This document shows, piece after piece, positions 1 through 9,323 of a stretch of DNA of 64,000 bases. Each line of letters opens with the position of its first letter. Position 1 is the first letter of the stretch. Location of the stretch: assembly GCA_037441675.1 (NCBI GenBank), contig JBBIRS010000001.1, positions 101,428 to 165,427 on the forward strand, given 5' to 3'. Below the pieces are notes generated by a model. It was not told where the DNA came from and ran no database searches. It saw only the letters and a program-made list of their open reading frames with translations. The translations under genes and the position numbers were made by a program. The DNA is from Planctomycetales bacterium. Its GTDB lineage: Bacteria > 4484-113.

Positions 1-169
1 TAAAATGCTTAATCAAATGAGCGACACGGTATGTTATTACGGTAGTCTTTCCAGTTCCCGCTCCGGAAAGCACAAGCACCCTGCTTTCAGGCGCAGTGAC
101 TGCGGCAAACTGTTGCTCATTCAGTTTAGCTTCTAATTTTAGATGCTGATATTGTCTAACGAGCTTCAT
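1..169 (-). CDS. UvrD/PcrA/Rep-family DNA helicase, N-terminal fragment; the gene continues beyond the window start
   Basis: Reverse-complement translation from the ATG at 169 gives [56 protein letters not shown], which carries the Walker A motif GAGTGKT typical of SF1 helicases. Confidence 0.7.
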   Translation of the reverse strand, partial: MKLVRQYQHLKLEAKLNEQQFAAVTAPESRVLVLSGAGTGKTTVITYRVAHLIKHF

Positions 170-359
170 CTACCCAACCCGTATTAAATAAAGATTATTT
201 CATACTACTATTAAATAAACTGGGAGAAATGACGCCCCAATTTGGTTTGATAGCCTATGATACTGTCTATGAAACTTTTAGGATAATCTTTGTTGGCAGT
301 GAACTCAAAATACTAGAAAAATTTCAGTTACATAGTCTTGATATAATTCTAAATTGTTT

Positions 360-433
360 GGGGAGGTAGCTCAGCTGGCTAGAGCGCTGGTCTGTGGAAC
401 CAGAGGTCGAGGGTTCGATCCCCTCCCTCCCTA
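360..433 (+). tRNA. tRNA-His (anticodon GTG)
   Basis: Manually folded cloverleaf: acceptor GGGGAGG/CCTCCCT with a G1-U72 wobble, U8, D-stem GCTC/GAGC, anticodon stem CTGGT/ACCAG, loop CTGTGGA (anticodon GTG), T-arm GAGGG-TTCGATC-CCCTC, discriminator A; no CCA is encoded. Confidence 0.75.
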
Positions 434-524
434 GTTGAGGCTGTCTTAATAAAAGCTAGGCTGATGAATAGCCCTTTATTTTTAACCTTTTAGCTGGATT
501 TCTCTCTTGAAGACGGATAATCCA

Positions 525-1910
525 ATGGACAAAGTGAAAATCAAACCCAGGTTAATTCGGGGCTTCAAGGATCATTCACCTTATGAGGTTAAGGTTCTTC
601 ATCACATAATTAACGCCTTTGAAAAAACTTTTTTGCTTTATGGTTTTACACCATTGGAGACATCCGTAATTGAACATCAAGATATTCTACTTTCAGAGCT
701 AGGTGTTGATCCGAACAAGCAGATCTATCGCTTTTATGACCTAGAGAGGACACCTGTTGGCTTGCGTTTTGATTTAACTTTGTCCTTAGCTAGGTTCGTT
801 GCAATGAATATAAATGAGCTATCCTTTCCATTCAAGCGTTTTCAGGTTGGCAAAGTTTGGCGATTTGATAAGCCAAAACGCGGACGCTTGCGGGAATTTT
901 TTCAACTGGATGCTGATGTTCTTGGTGCCCCGCCCTATGAACCAGAGGTGGAGATTGTGACCGCGGTTTCTCAGGCATTTCATCGGCTAGGGATTGATTG
1001 CTACTACTTCAAAATTAATGACAGGAAGTATTTATCCAGCCTTCTTAATGAACTAGGTGTCGAGGAGAAAAAGCATAAGGATATATTCCGGGTTCTTGAC
1101 AAACTTTCTGTTCAAGGCGAATCTAAAGTTTTTAAGGAAATAACGGGACAACTTCTTCTTCAGGATTTTGATTCATCCCTTGAGTTTGAGAGGATGCAAG
1201 AGGTCAAAATAGATGTTGAGACAGGTAAATCTTTACTAAACAAGATTCGTAATCCTGAGCCGTTAAAGACTCACTTGAAAGAATTCTTTCAAAGGGTGCT
1301 TGAAGAGGGCGTTGATGAGAGAAAAATACTCTTCTCGCCATCTCTAACGCGTGGGCTGGATTACTACACTGGTTTCATTTGTGAAATAATGCTTGAGGGA
1401 GCTGAAAAAATAGGAAGCATCGGTGGTGGCGGTCGCTATGACAATCTTGTTGGTAAATACTGTGATAGAGTAATCAGTGGATTTGGACTAAGCGTTGGAC
1501 TGGATAGACTGTTGGGAGGTTTAGAGCTCTGCCCTCAGGAAATTACATCTATCTTTCCCCAAATATCCAAGCAATCATCAGCAGTTGTTTTGGTAACAGT
1601 TTTTGACGACTCTCTGCGTAGTGAGAGCTCACGAATTGCCAGAATGTTGCGGGAGGCTGGCATTTCAACTGAAACTTGGCTTATACCTCATTGCGAAAAA
1701 GGTAAAACCCTCTCCGGTCAGCTTAAATTCGCAGACAAGGCGGGAATACCCATTGCTGTTATTCCAGGTGAGGAAGAACTTAGGAAAAATCCACAAACTG
1801 TCCAAGTCAAGGATTTAAGAACTGAGTTTGGAGAGTCGCACAAGCAATTTGAAGTACCATTAGACAGGTTAGTTGAAACAATTCAAAGTCTACTTGATAG
1901 AAAATCCTAG
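525..1910 (+). CDS. hisS: histidyl-tRNA synthetase (class II); the ORF opens at a TTG at 507 but the likely start is the ATG at 525
   Basis: HisRS-specific GGRYD motif (GGGGRYDNLV), N-terminal KPRLIRGFKDHSPYE, class II aaRS motifs and a C-terminal anticodon-binding domain. Confidence 0.9.
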   Translation: MDKVKIKPRLIRGFKDHSPYEVKVLHHIINAFEKTFLLYGFTPLETSVIEHQDILLSELGVDPNKQIYRFYDLERTPVGLRFDLTLSLARFVAMNINELSFPFKRFQVGKVWRFDKPKRGRLREFFQLDADVLGAPPYEPEVEIVTAVSQAFHRLGIDCYYFKINDRKYLSSLLNELGVEEKKHKDIFRVLDKLSVQGESKVFKEITGQLLLQDFDSSLEFERMQEVKIDVETGKSLLNKIRNPEPLKTHLKEFFQRVLEEGVDERKILFSPSLTRGLDYYTGFICEIMLEGAEKIGSIGGGGRYDNLVGKYCDRVISGFGLSVGLDRLLGGLELCPQEITSIFPQISKQSSAVVLVTVFDDSLRSESSRIARMLREAGISTETWLIPHCEKGKTLSGQLKFADKAGIPIAVIPGEEELRKNPQTVQVKDLRTEFGESHKQFEVPLDRLVETIQSLLDRKS

Positions 1911-3232
1911 TTGCGTCTCTTTTTATTCTTTCTTCTACCAAGGGGCATCTTCAACGCCTCAACTGTGCTTTGCATTTGCTCAAATTGTTTCAAGAAAAGG
2001 TTCACCTGCTGAACGGTAGTTCCACTTCCCCTAGCGATCCGTCTCTTTCTGCTTGCGTTAAGAATAGAAGGTTTTTGCCTTTCAGCTTTAGTCATTGAAA
2101 GCGCAATTGCTTCAAATTGCTTCATCCGCAAAATTCCTTCCTCCATTTGTTCTTTGCTGATATTAACTCCCGGTAAGTAATTGATTAATGAAATCAAATT
2201 CCCAACCGTTTTAGTTGTTTTCAAAGTTTTGAGAAAACTTTCAATGGTGAATTTTGAAGAAAGGATATCCTCCTGAAGATTTTGGATATCGTTCTTACTT
2301 AGTTCCATTGATACTTTTTCGGCAAAAGTTTCCAAATCTCCAAGTCCTATAAGTCTCTTTGCCCATCTTTTAGGCTCAAATTCTTCAAGGTCATCAATCT
2401 TCTCGCCAGTCCCAATGTAACGAATCGGTTTACCGATGGCATAGTAGATAGAAAGGGCTGCGCCACCTTTAGCATCACTATCCGCTTTCGTTAGAATTAT
2501 GCCAGTAAGTCCCACCTTCTCCTCATAGGTCTTGGCAATATTGACCGCATCCTGACCGGTACTTGCGTCTGCGACAAGTAGTGCTTCACCTGGGGCAACA
2601 AGAGACTTAATTTCTCGAAGTTGAGAAATCTCTTCCTCATCTATATGAAGTCTTCCAGCGGTGTCAAAAATGACAGGCTTAAACTTTTGGGAATCCGCGT
2701 AATCTTGTGCGCTCTTTATCATTTCGGTTAATTCCCCTGAATGGTAGGAGAATGAATCTACTCCTGCATTTCTAGCTAAGATGTTCAGTTGTTTGAGAGC
2801 TGCAGGTCGTTTAGTATCTAGGCAAACAAGTATGGGTCGGAAACCTTGATTTTTCAATCGGTAAGCTAGCTTTACCGCGGTGGTGGTCTTTCCGGAGCCC
2901 TGAAGTCCCATTATTAAAATGGGATTATCTCTCCTCAAGCTAAGTGATGTTCCAGTTCCGTCATTGTCACCACCTAAAGCGCGAACTATCTCATCTTGTA
3001 TTAATCTCGTGAGCGATTCTGCAGAAGTCAAATTACCTTCCCGGTACAGGTTTTCCGCTTCATGCCGTATATTTGCAACAAAGGCTCTCGCTACAGCAAG
3101 ATTAACATCCGCTTCAAGAAGGGCAATTCTCAACTTTGTAATTTCTTCCTCCATCTCGTGAGGCGAAAGACGGACTTTGCCCTTTATCCGACGTAAGACG
3201 GATGTCAGCTTTTCTGAAAGGACATGAAACAT
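1907..3232 (-). CDS. ffh: signal recognition particle protein Ffh
   Basis: SRP54 N-domain, GTPase G-domain GLQGSGKTTT...DTAGR...TKADSDAKGG, and a Met-rich M-domain with a basic C-terminus. Confidence 0.92.
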   Translation of the reverse strand: MFHVLSEKLTSVLRRIKGKVRLSPHEMEEEITKLRIALLEADVNLAVARAFVANIRHEAENLYREGNLTSAESLTRLIQDEIVRALGGDNDGTGTSLSLRRDNPILIMGLQGSGKTTTAVKLAYRLKNQGFRPILVCLDTKRPAALKQLNILARNAGVDSFSYHSGELTEMIKSAQDYADSQKFKPVIFDTAGRLHIDEEEISQLREIKSLVAPGEALLVADASTGQDAVNIAKTYEEKVGLTGIILTKADSDAKGGAALSIYYAIGKPIRYIGTGEKIDDLEEFEPKRWAKRLIGLGDLETFAEKVSMELSKNDIQNLQEDILSSKFTIESFLKTLKTTKTVGNLISLINYLPGVNISKEQMEEGILRMKQFEAIALSMTKAERQKPSILNASRKRRIARGSGTTVQQVNLFLKQFEQMQSTVEALKMPLGRRKNKKRRN

Positions 3233-3325
3233 ACTTTCAGTAAATATTACATGAAATTCTTAAATCTCTATAACTCAAATTATGCTAAAGATGAGTTATT
3301 ATGATAAAATTTAGCCTGAATAACT

Positions 3326-3565
3326 ATGTTAGGTTCTCTTTTCTTAACCTTTTCGTTTATTGTGATGGCGCTTATCGCTGTTTCAATGATAGTAGTTACC
3401 CTTTCACTAAACACTAAGAGTGAAGGATTAGGAGCTGCAATCACAGGTGCTGGCGATTCGTATCGGGGTGCGGTTGGAGTTGAGGAGAAGAAGCGCCAGC
3501 TTTTAAGGCGTCTTGGTTACACGTTTCTTATAGTCACATTTCTCTTTGCGCTTTTCAATAGGTAG
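3326..3565 (+). CDS. secG: preprotein translocase subunit SecG (small membrane protein)
   Basis: 79 aa with two TM helices flanking a Gly-rich loop (GLGAAITGAGDSYRG), matching the SecG architecture. Confidence 0.55.
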   Translation: MLGSLFLTFSFIVMALIAVSMIVVTLSLNTKSEGLGAAITGAGDSYRGAVGVEEKKRQLLRRLGYTFLIVTFLFALFNR

Positions 3566-3584
3566 GGTGCTGTCCACCCTTTTG
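3565..3584 (+). terminator. putative rho-independent terminator after secG
   Basis: Stem GGGTG/CACCC with loop CTGTC, followed by TTTTG. Confidence 0.35.
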
Positions 3585-3652
3585 TAACTGGTTTTGGGTT
3601 CACTACTTGATTCTCGCAGGGTAAGCAAAGTCATTTATATTAGATATATTAG

Positions 3653-4975
3653 ATGCGGACAGATAAAAAGAGACTTCTCCTGCCAATTCCCTCATTTTTG
3701 TTCTCCCTCTTATTTTTTGGACCTTTAACTTTTCTGCCCTTTACCTCAAATCCTTATCATCCGTTCATTTGTTCTGTCTCGCTTATCGTTCTCAGCTTAG
3801 GAGTAATAGACCTCCTTCTTGCACTGTTTGAAGAGGTGCCTTTAATAAGCAGGAAATTACCTCCCCTTTGGGTCGTAGGCGTTAAAGGGAACTACGAAGT
3901 TTTACTCTTTAATCCTCTCAGGCGTCCTCTCCTAATTGAGTTTGCTGAAGACACCCTAGATTACATGAAGAAGCTCTATAGTGTAGGAAGAATAAAACTG
4001 CAATCGCAAGCGGAAGTAACGATCTCCGTTAATTTCATAGCTTTCGCTAGAGGGAATCTAGGGCTCGGCTCGATCTATTTGAGATACCCTACAAGATTAA
4101 GTTTCTGGTATAAGAGCGTTAAACTTGAGAGTACCGATTCAATTAGGATATACCCCTATATTAGGGATTACATAGTGTTTGATCCTTTCCAGCATCGTCG
4201 TCGGCAATTTCAGATTGGGCAGAAGAAAGTGCTGATACAGGGGGAAGGAGCTGACTTTGACAGATTGAGGTTGTATCAACCGGGAGATGACTACAAAAAG
4301 ATTAACTGGAAGGCTACAGCAAGATTGTATCGTCCAGTGGTTTCAGTGTTCTCTGCTGAACAAAACAAGGAAATAATGGTTTTACTGGACCGAGGCAGGC
4401 ATATGCACGCAGATATTAGCGGAAGGACTAGATTTGATAGATTTTTAGATGCCGTCGTTCAGCTTGCTTACGCTGTCCAAATTGAGAATGATAGGTTAGG
4501 CTTCCTTTTATTTGATGATGATGTCAGGAAGTTTTTCCCACCAAGGAAGAATCGAAATATCCTCTCCGAATTATACGACATTCAGCCAGTCCATATTGAG
4601 CCTGACTATATTAGAATGGTCAGGTTTTTGAACAAACACTTTAGGCGTAGGTCGCTCATCCTTCTTTTTACCGAAGTCGGAGATTCTCTGACTGGTGAAC
4701 GTCTTATTCTTGCGTTAACGGAGCTCGTAAAGTATGGGCAAGTTACTCTAATACTTCTTGATAATCCGAAAGTTCTAAAGCTTTCTTCTACCCCTCCAGT
4801 AGATGAGGCTTCATTTTACACTCATACCGCCGCCCTCTCCAACCTAAAGAGTAAAAGGTTGCTCTGTGAACGTATTAGAAGAATGGGAGTGGACGTTGTA
4901 AGGGCATATTCAGAGACCCTAAACCTTGAACTTGTGAATAAATACCTTGGATACAAAATTGCAAGATATGGTTAG
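3653..4975 (+). CDS. DUF58 family membrane protein (MoxR-associated vWA-like); an orphan copy
   Basis: N-terminal TM helices; DUF58 core LRLYQPGDDYKKINWKATARLYRPVVSVFSAEQNKEIMVLLD, similar to the second DUF58 at 39508. Confidence 0.7.
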   Translation: MRTDKKRLLLPIPSFLFSLLFFGPLTFLPFTSNPYHPFICSVSLIVLSLGVIDLLLALFEEVPLISRKLPPLWVVGVKGNYEVLLFNPLRRPLLIEFAEDTLDYMKKLYSVGRIKLQSQAEVTISVNFIAFARGNLGLGSIYLRYPTRLSFWYKSVKLESTDSIRIYPYIRDYIVFDPFQHRRRQFQIGQKKVLIQGEGADFDRLRLYQPGDDYKKINWKATARLYRPVVSVFSAEQNKEIMVLLDRGRHMHADISGRTRFDRFLDAVVQLAYAVQIENDRLGFLLFDDDVRKFFPPRKNRNILSELYDIQPVHIEPDYIRMVRFLNKHFRRRSLILLFTEVGDSLTGERLILALTELVKYGQVTLILLDNPKVLKLSSTPPVDEASFYTHTAALSNLKSKRLLCERIRRMGVDVVRAYSETLNLELVNKYLGYKIARYG

Positions 4976-5272
4976 AATTCAGACTAGCCTAATATTAGTA
5001 TAGTAAGATTTTTCTAATTACTTTAAGTCTAATCTTACCCGTGTAAATTATTTAGCCTAACTTCTAAAAATTCTAAATAGCCGAATTATGTGAAAAGATT
5101 GTTTGGTAGATATTTTTGCTTATTACAGCTGACTTATTCGCTTCTTATGTAGGCAATCTACATTAGACACACCAATTTCACCGCAAGGCGCAGTCTTTAT
5201 TGCAAAGTAAAAGTTTGGTAGCTTTAATTTTAGGGTATAATCAAAGGTGGGTTAAGCGAAAAAACTTGTTGC

Positions 5273-5302
5273 TTGACTCAAGTTTCAAAATTGAAGGATA
5301 AT
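5273..5302 (+). promoter_or_regulatory. candidate sigma70 promoter upstream of the PLD-like lipoprotein gene
   Basis: TTGACT, an 18-nt spacer, then GATAAT, about 40 nt upstream of the ATG at 5344; it lies in a 368-bp AT-rich intergenic region. Confidence 0.3.
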
Positions 5303-5343
5303 TTTGGGTTGAACCGACAAGAAAGCCTTAATGGAGTTGAACT

Positions 5344-7110
5344 ATGACGTTCATGAGAAAACTAGTCTTACTGATAGGGGGAGTTTTTTTTGTCTTTGTG
5401 TTGGCTAGTTGTGGAGGAGGCGATTCCACGACCACTACGCCCAGCGACGGTCAAGAGCCTGGCTCTAATCCACACCCTTGGGGTATTTACTCCGGGGTTT
5501 CGGTTGACTTTGTTGACCGTACATTCAGAGTTAGCGGTGGAGGGACAGATGATCCAAAGGACACTGATCCCATCTTTCTACATCTAGCCTCCGCCACACA
5601 AAGTTTAGACATAGCAGTTCCCAAAATTGATAGACAAGAGGTCGTAGATGTTATTTTAAGCACTGCCGATAGGGTTCACGTACGAGTGTTAACCGAGAAA
5701 GCTTTTGCAGAGGATCCGCATTATCGTCCCTACCTGGAGCAACTCAGGTTACATCCTAACATTGAGGTTCGCACAGACCAGGATGGTGAGCCGAGGATAA
5801 TGCACGCTAGGTTTCTAATAATTGATGGGGCTAGGGTAGTTACCGGTAGTTACAATTGGAGCGAGGAGGCTAGCGAGAGGACTATCGGTGATTTACTGGT
5901 AATTAACGATTCAAGAATTGCATCAACATTTACAAACCAATTTAACCAGATGTTTGTAGAAGGCAAGTTTGGCACCGCGAAGCGCGATGCAACCCCGCAT
6001 AGCTTTCCAGTATTCGGTAATTTAGGAGTGATTGACGTTTACTTTGGTCCAACTAACAAGTTTGATCAAATCCTTCAAGGCGAAATAGAGCAATCAAGAC
6101 ATGTCGCTAGTGTGGTTGAGCAGTTCTCTAACTTTGGTTTTGCCAACTTTCTGGTTCAGTGGCTAGGCGGAACAATTGGGCTTGGAGACCCCTCCACAAG
6201 GTCAATGGTGCTCATTATTGATGATATTGGCCAGTATGGTGATACAGATGAAAATCTCGTTTACGAATCGCTTTTAGGATTATTATCTGAAAGTGAAGAT
6301 GTTGGAAGTGGAGGAATCCCGGCTACTTTAACCATTAATTCTGCCCCAGATTTAAATTGGGCGAGCATAGGAGTTCATACAAGTGAAAAATTATTATTTG
6401 CAGACCATGCGTTTGGAACCGGAATCCCAGCAGTAGTAGTAAGTACTGCGAACTGGACTGAACAAGGCTTCTCTCTCAATGACGAGGTAATGGTCATTCT
6501 AAGGGGGTCTATTCTCGCGACAAAGTACCATTTTATCACGACATTTCAAGTTCCCCACTTTGGGAGGGACTTTATTACAAATGACGTCAGAGAGATAGAA
6601 CAACTAAGCTTGATGTATCCATTCGTGACGAATGGGACCGATACAATGGTGCCCCGTGATCCCGCTCTTAGCGATATTTCTACTGGAGTAATTCACGGAA
6701 CAGTTGATAACTTCCGTCGTGAGTATTCTTATCAAGATAGCGATGGTAATATGATTACCCAGCTTCTAGATATAATGTGGGAAATTGAAGGCGAATATTA
6801 CTTTGGCGGTCCTATTAATGGATACATAAATCCCACATTTGACGAAAACGAAGCTACCAATCCTGGGAAAAACTATGTGCTGGTAATTCCTGCAGGCAAA
6901 ATGACGGTTAGGGCGGTCGTTGTAGACGCCGATGGTAATGCCATTGAGGGTTTTGTGCCTAATGAAAAGATTGTAGAGGTAAGTCCAGGTGGAGTCGTCA
7001 ATGTGAAATTTAGTATTACCGCACCGACGATAACTCCGGGCACTGGAGGCACAACCGGCGGTGGCCCCGGAGGCGGTGGCGGTGGTGGGGGCGGTGGAGG
7101 GCTATCTTAG
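5344..7110 (+). CDS. lipoprotein with a tandem phospholipase-D-like (HKD) fold whose motifs are degenerate; C-terminal poly-Gly tail
   Basis: Signal peptide plus lipobox LASC; first motif HARFLIIDGARVVTGSYNWS fits HxRx4Dx6GSxN with K replaced by R; second motif HAFGTGIP...STANW has lost both K and D; ends GTGGTTGGGPGGGGGGGGGGGLS. Confidence 0.6.
   Translation: MTFMRKLVLLIGGVFFVFVLASCGGGDSTTTTPSDGQEPGSNPHPWGIYSGVSVDFVDRTFRVSGGGTDDPKDTDPIFLHLASATQSLDIAVPKIDRQEVVDVILSTADRVHVRVLTEKAFAEDPHYRPYLEQLRLHPNIEVRTDQDGEPRIMHARFLIIDGARVVTGSYNWSEEASERTIGDLLVINDSRIASTFTNQFNQMFVEGKFGTAKRDATPHSFPVFGNLGVIDVYFGPTNKFDQILQGEIEQSRHVASVVEQFSNFGFANFLVQWLGGTIGLGDPSTRSMVLIIDDIGQYGDTDENLVYESLLGLLSESEDVGSGGIPATLTINSAPDLNWASIGVHTSEKLLFADHAFGTGIPAVVVSTANWTEQGFSLNDEVMVILRGSILATKYHFITTFQVPHFGRDFITNDVREIEQLSLMYPFVTNGTDTMVPRDPALSDISTGVIHGTVDNFRREYSYQDSDGNMITQLLDIMWEIEGEYYFGGPINGYINPTFDENEATNPGKNYVLVIPAGKMTVRAVVVDADGNAIEGFVPNEKIVEVSPGGVVNVKFSITAPTITPGTGGTTGGGPGGGGGGGGGGGLS
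7057..7101 (+). repeat. GGN codon microsatellite encoding a C-terminal poly-Gly tract (11 consecutive Gly codons)
   Basis: ggc ggt ggc ccc gga ggc ggt ggc ggt ggt ggg ggc ggt gga ggg, read directly from the sequence. Confidence 0.8.
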
Positions 7111-7180
7111 CTTTCCTTCCGCAAATACTTTTGTATGCTCTTTAGTTTGCTTGCAATTTAGGTGATAATTGGGAGCAATT

Positions 7181-9151
7181 ATGAGTGAGAAACTGAAATT
7201 AATTAGAATTACGCTGGCTCTTTTTCTTGCGATTTTCTTGATTGTAAGCTGTGGAGGAGGTGACGGGGATCAGCGGCAAAATGGCTTTGGTCCTCCACCC
7301 CCTGGTGGTCTAGAAGGTGGTGATTCCGAGGAAGAAACCCCATTTACTCTTGGTAATTTCACGCTTCCAGGAGGCACTCCTTTTGGGGATATTCGTGGAA
7401 TTGCTGCAAGTTCTCGGTACGTTTATGTTGCTGAAACAAATGCGATACATGCCTTTGATCTGCTCGGTAATTACGTTAACACTGCCTCAGCAGCTAACAT
7501 TACTGGTATGGTAGTGATTCCACCAGATCCGAAGCCCCAGGATGGCGATACTACCCATTATCCCTATCCAGAGTTTCCCGTTATCGTTTACGAACCTACC
7601 GAGAATAGTTTCATTTCTATTTTTGCTCCCAACTTGGACGACTTAGTCACTGTGGAGCATCAAGATTATCCAGACCTGGTTAAGCGGATTGATTTACCGT
7701 TTATAGAAGATTACGTTAGATACAGAGTTCAGCCTACTAGCCCTGTACCGGATCCACCCGATCCTTGCCCCCTCCTAATTGTTCGAACCTACGATGTTGA
7801 TATAACTAGGGAAGGAACTATTGTAGTACTTACCGATACCGACCTCCCCTGCACAACTCCTTTCCCCGATTTCCCAATGACAATGTACTTTTTTGATCCC
7901 CATGAGGGTTATCTAATTTCTCCGCGGCGAACTGGAACAGTAGGGGTTCCAGATGAGAACGGAAACCCTCAACCGGTTCAAGCTCCTTTCCGTTTTGCTG
8001 GAACTTTTGGAGACCAAACCGGAAGCCTCGGACAGCTTGCTATAGCTAACAAATATCCTCCTAATAGAACAGATAGTCAGACACTATATCTAGGTGGCGA
8101 TGTTAGAGCCATTCCAGATATTCGTTTAATGCTTGGCATCTCGGAGTGGAATATTGAAGTTGATTTTGTAGGTGTCAATTTTCTCCAAGTAGATACAACT
8201 TTTCCGCCCTATATTTATGAAATTGGTGGAATTGTTAACAATCGTTACGGGTATAACCGTGTAATTGGGCTTCCGGGCGGTTCACTACCTGGGAGTTTTG
8301 CTCTAACCCCACCGATCGGCCCAGGTGGTGACTTGGAAGACCCAGATTTAACAGCGGGTGGTCCATCCGGAATGGCAATTAATCCCAGGACCGACGACTT
8401 ATATGTTTGTGATCCGGGCAATAGAAGGGTTCAGGTTTTTGATAAAAACTTAAATTTTGTTCGCCAGATTGGTGATGGAATAAGGGGCACTTCAGGAAAT
8501 CATCTCGTTGCTCCTAGCGAAGTGCATATTACCCTGGATGGCAAAATTTTTATTGGAGATACACTTGGGGATGGAAGCGGAATTGGTTGGCTAAGGATAT
8601 TTGGTGAAACCGCTCCGCCCGAGTTTGGTTCCGTAGGTGGAACTGTTATGAACCCCACGACGGTTCCTCCTTCTCCTATAGTTGAAGCAACTGTTACCAT
8701 CCTTAACGCCAACGGCGTGGTTGCCATTCAAAACACTAACGTAAATGGTGAATATCGTTTTGACAATCTCCCGCTTGGAACATACTTCCTAACCGCGGAT
8801 AAGTTCGGTTATAGTACAGATTCAACCTCAGTTGATCTCGTTGCAGACCAGCACGTAATTGTCAACTTTAACTTATACCCAGGTGTTCCTCCCACGCTTG
8901 GTTTCTACGTTGGTGCTGTTTATGATGAAGTGACAAATCAGGCTATCGCTGGTGTAAGGGTTAGGATAATTGGTACTTCCATTCAGACTTATACAGACGG
9001 ATCTGGAACATTCTTCATTTCCGACTTACCTGCAGGTGATTACCAGGTAGAGTTTACCCATGAGGATTACATCACGAAGACCCTTGACTTGCACATAACC
9101 GCTGGTCAAACCACGAGGCACGATGCGGTTAAATTGATACCTCTGCCATAA
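7181..9151 (+). CDS. lipoprotein with NHL repeats and two carboxypeptidase-regulatory-like beta-sandwich domains; the likely start is the ATG at 7181 with RBS GGGAG
   Basis: Lipobox IVSC plus a Gly/Pro-rich linker; NHL-like YVCDPGNRRVQVFDKNLNFVRQIG; CarbopepD_reg-like segments GEYRFDNLPLGTYFLTADKFGY and SGTFFISDLPAGDYQVEFTHEDY. Confidence 0.6.
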   Translation: MSEKLKLIRITLALFLAIFLIVSCGGGDGDQRQNGFGPPPPGGLEGGDSEEETPFTLGNFTLPGGTPFGDIRGIAASSRYVYVAETNAIHAFDLLGNYVNTASAANITGMVVIPPDPKPQDGDTTHYPYPEFPVIVYEPTENSFISIFAPNLDDLVTVEHQDYPDLVKRIDLPFIEDYVRYRVQPTSPVPDPPDPCPLLIVRTYDVDITREGTIVVLTDTDLPCTTPFPDFPMTMYFFDPHEGYLISPRRTGTVGVPDENGNPQPVQAPFRFAGTFGDQTGSLGQLAIANKYPPNRTDSQTLYLGGDVRAIPDIRLMLGISEWNIEVDFVGVNFLQVDTTFPPYIYEIGGIVNNRYGYNRVIGLPGGSLPGSFALTPPIGPGGDLEDPDLTAGGPSGMAINPRTDDLYVCDPGNRRVQVFDKNLNFVRQIGDGIRGTSGNHLVAPSEVHITLDGKIFIGDTLGDGSGIGWLRIFGETAPPEFGSVGGTVMNPTTVPPSPIVEATVTILNANGVVAIQNTNVNGEYRFDNLPLGTYFLTADKFGYSTDSTSVDLVADQHVIVNFNLYPGVPPTLGFYVGAVYDEVTNQAIAGVRVRIIGTSIQTYTDGSGTFFISDLPAGDYQVEFTHEDYITKTLDLHITAGQTTRHDAVKLIPLP

Positions 9152-9323
9152 TCCTTACTTGCTGTTTAGCCTTTTCTAAGGGTTTCCAGAGGGTTGCCTT
9201 GCTCTCATTCAAGCTAAAGCTTTGGATCAAACACGCTTACTTAGGCAACGATTGAAAGGATGTCTTCAACCAATTACCATATATTCTCCCAAACCGTTGG
9301 AGTGGAGGGAGGGATAGGCAAAA

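Noticed and set aside
434-506. T-box or attenuator leader between tRNA-His and hisS
   Set aside because: The spacer is only about 73 nt. It has no specifier or antiterminator architecture, only a weak 4-bp hairpin with a T-tract.
1907-1910. Palindromic CTAG shared as overlapping stop codons of the convergent hisS and ffh genes
   Set aside because: It is a curiosity of a 4-nt convergent overlap and carries no functional implication.
1603-3161. Short ORFs embedded in or antisense to hisS and ffh (1603-1818, 2919-3161), with similar embedded ORFs throughout the track (for example 10262-10576, 13761-14066, 16234-16530, 30523-31344)
   Set aside because: They lie entirely within, and out of frame or antisense to, strongly supported conserved genes. 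They have low-complexity composition and no motifs, and I treat them as spurious.
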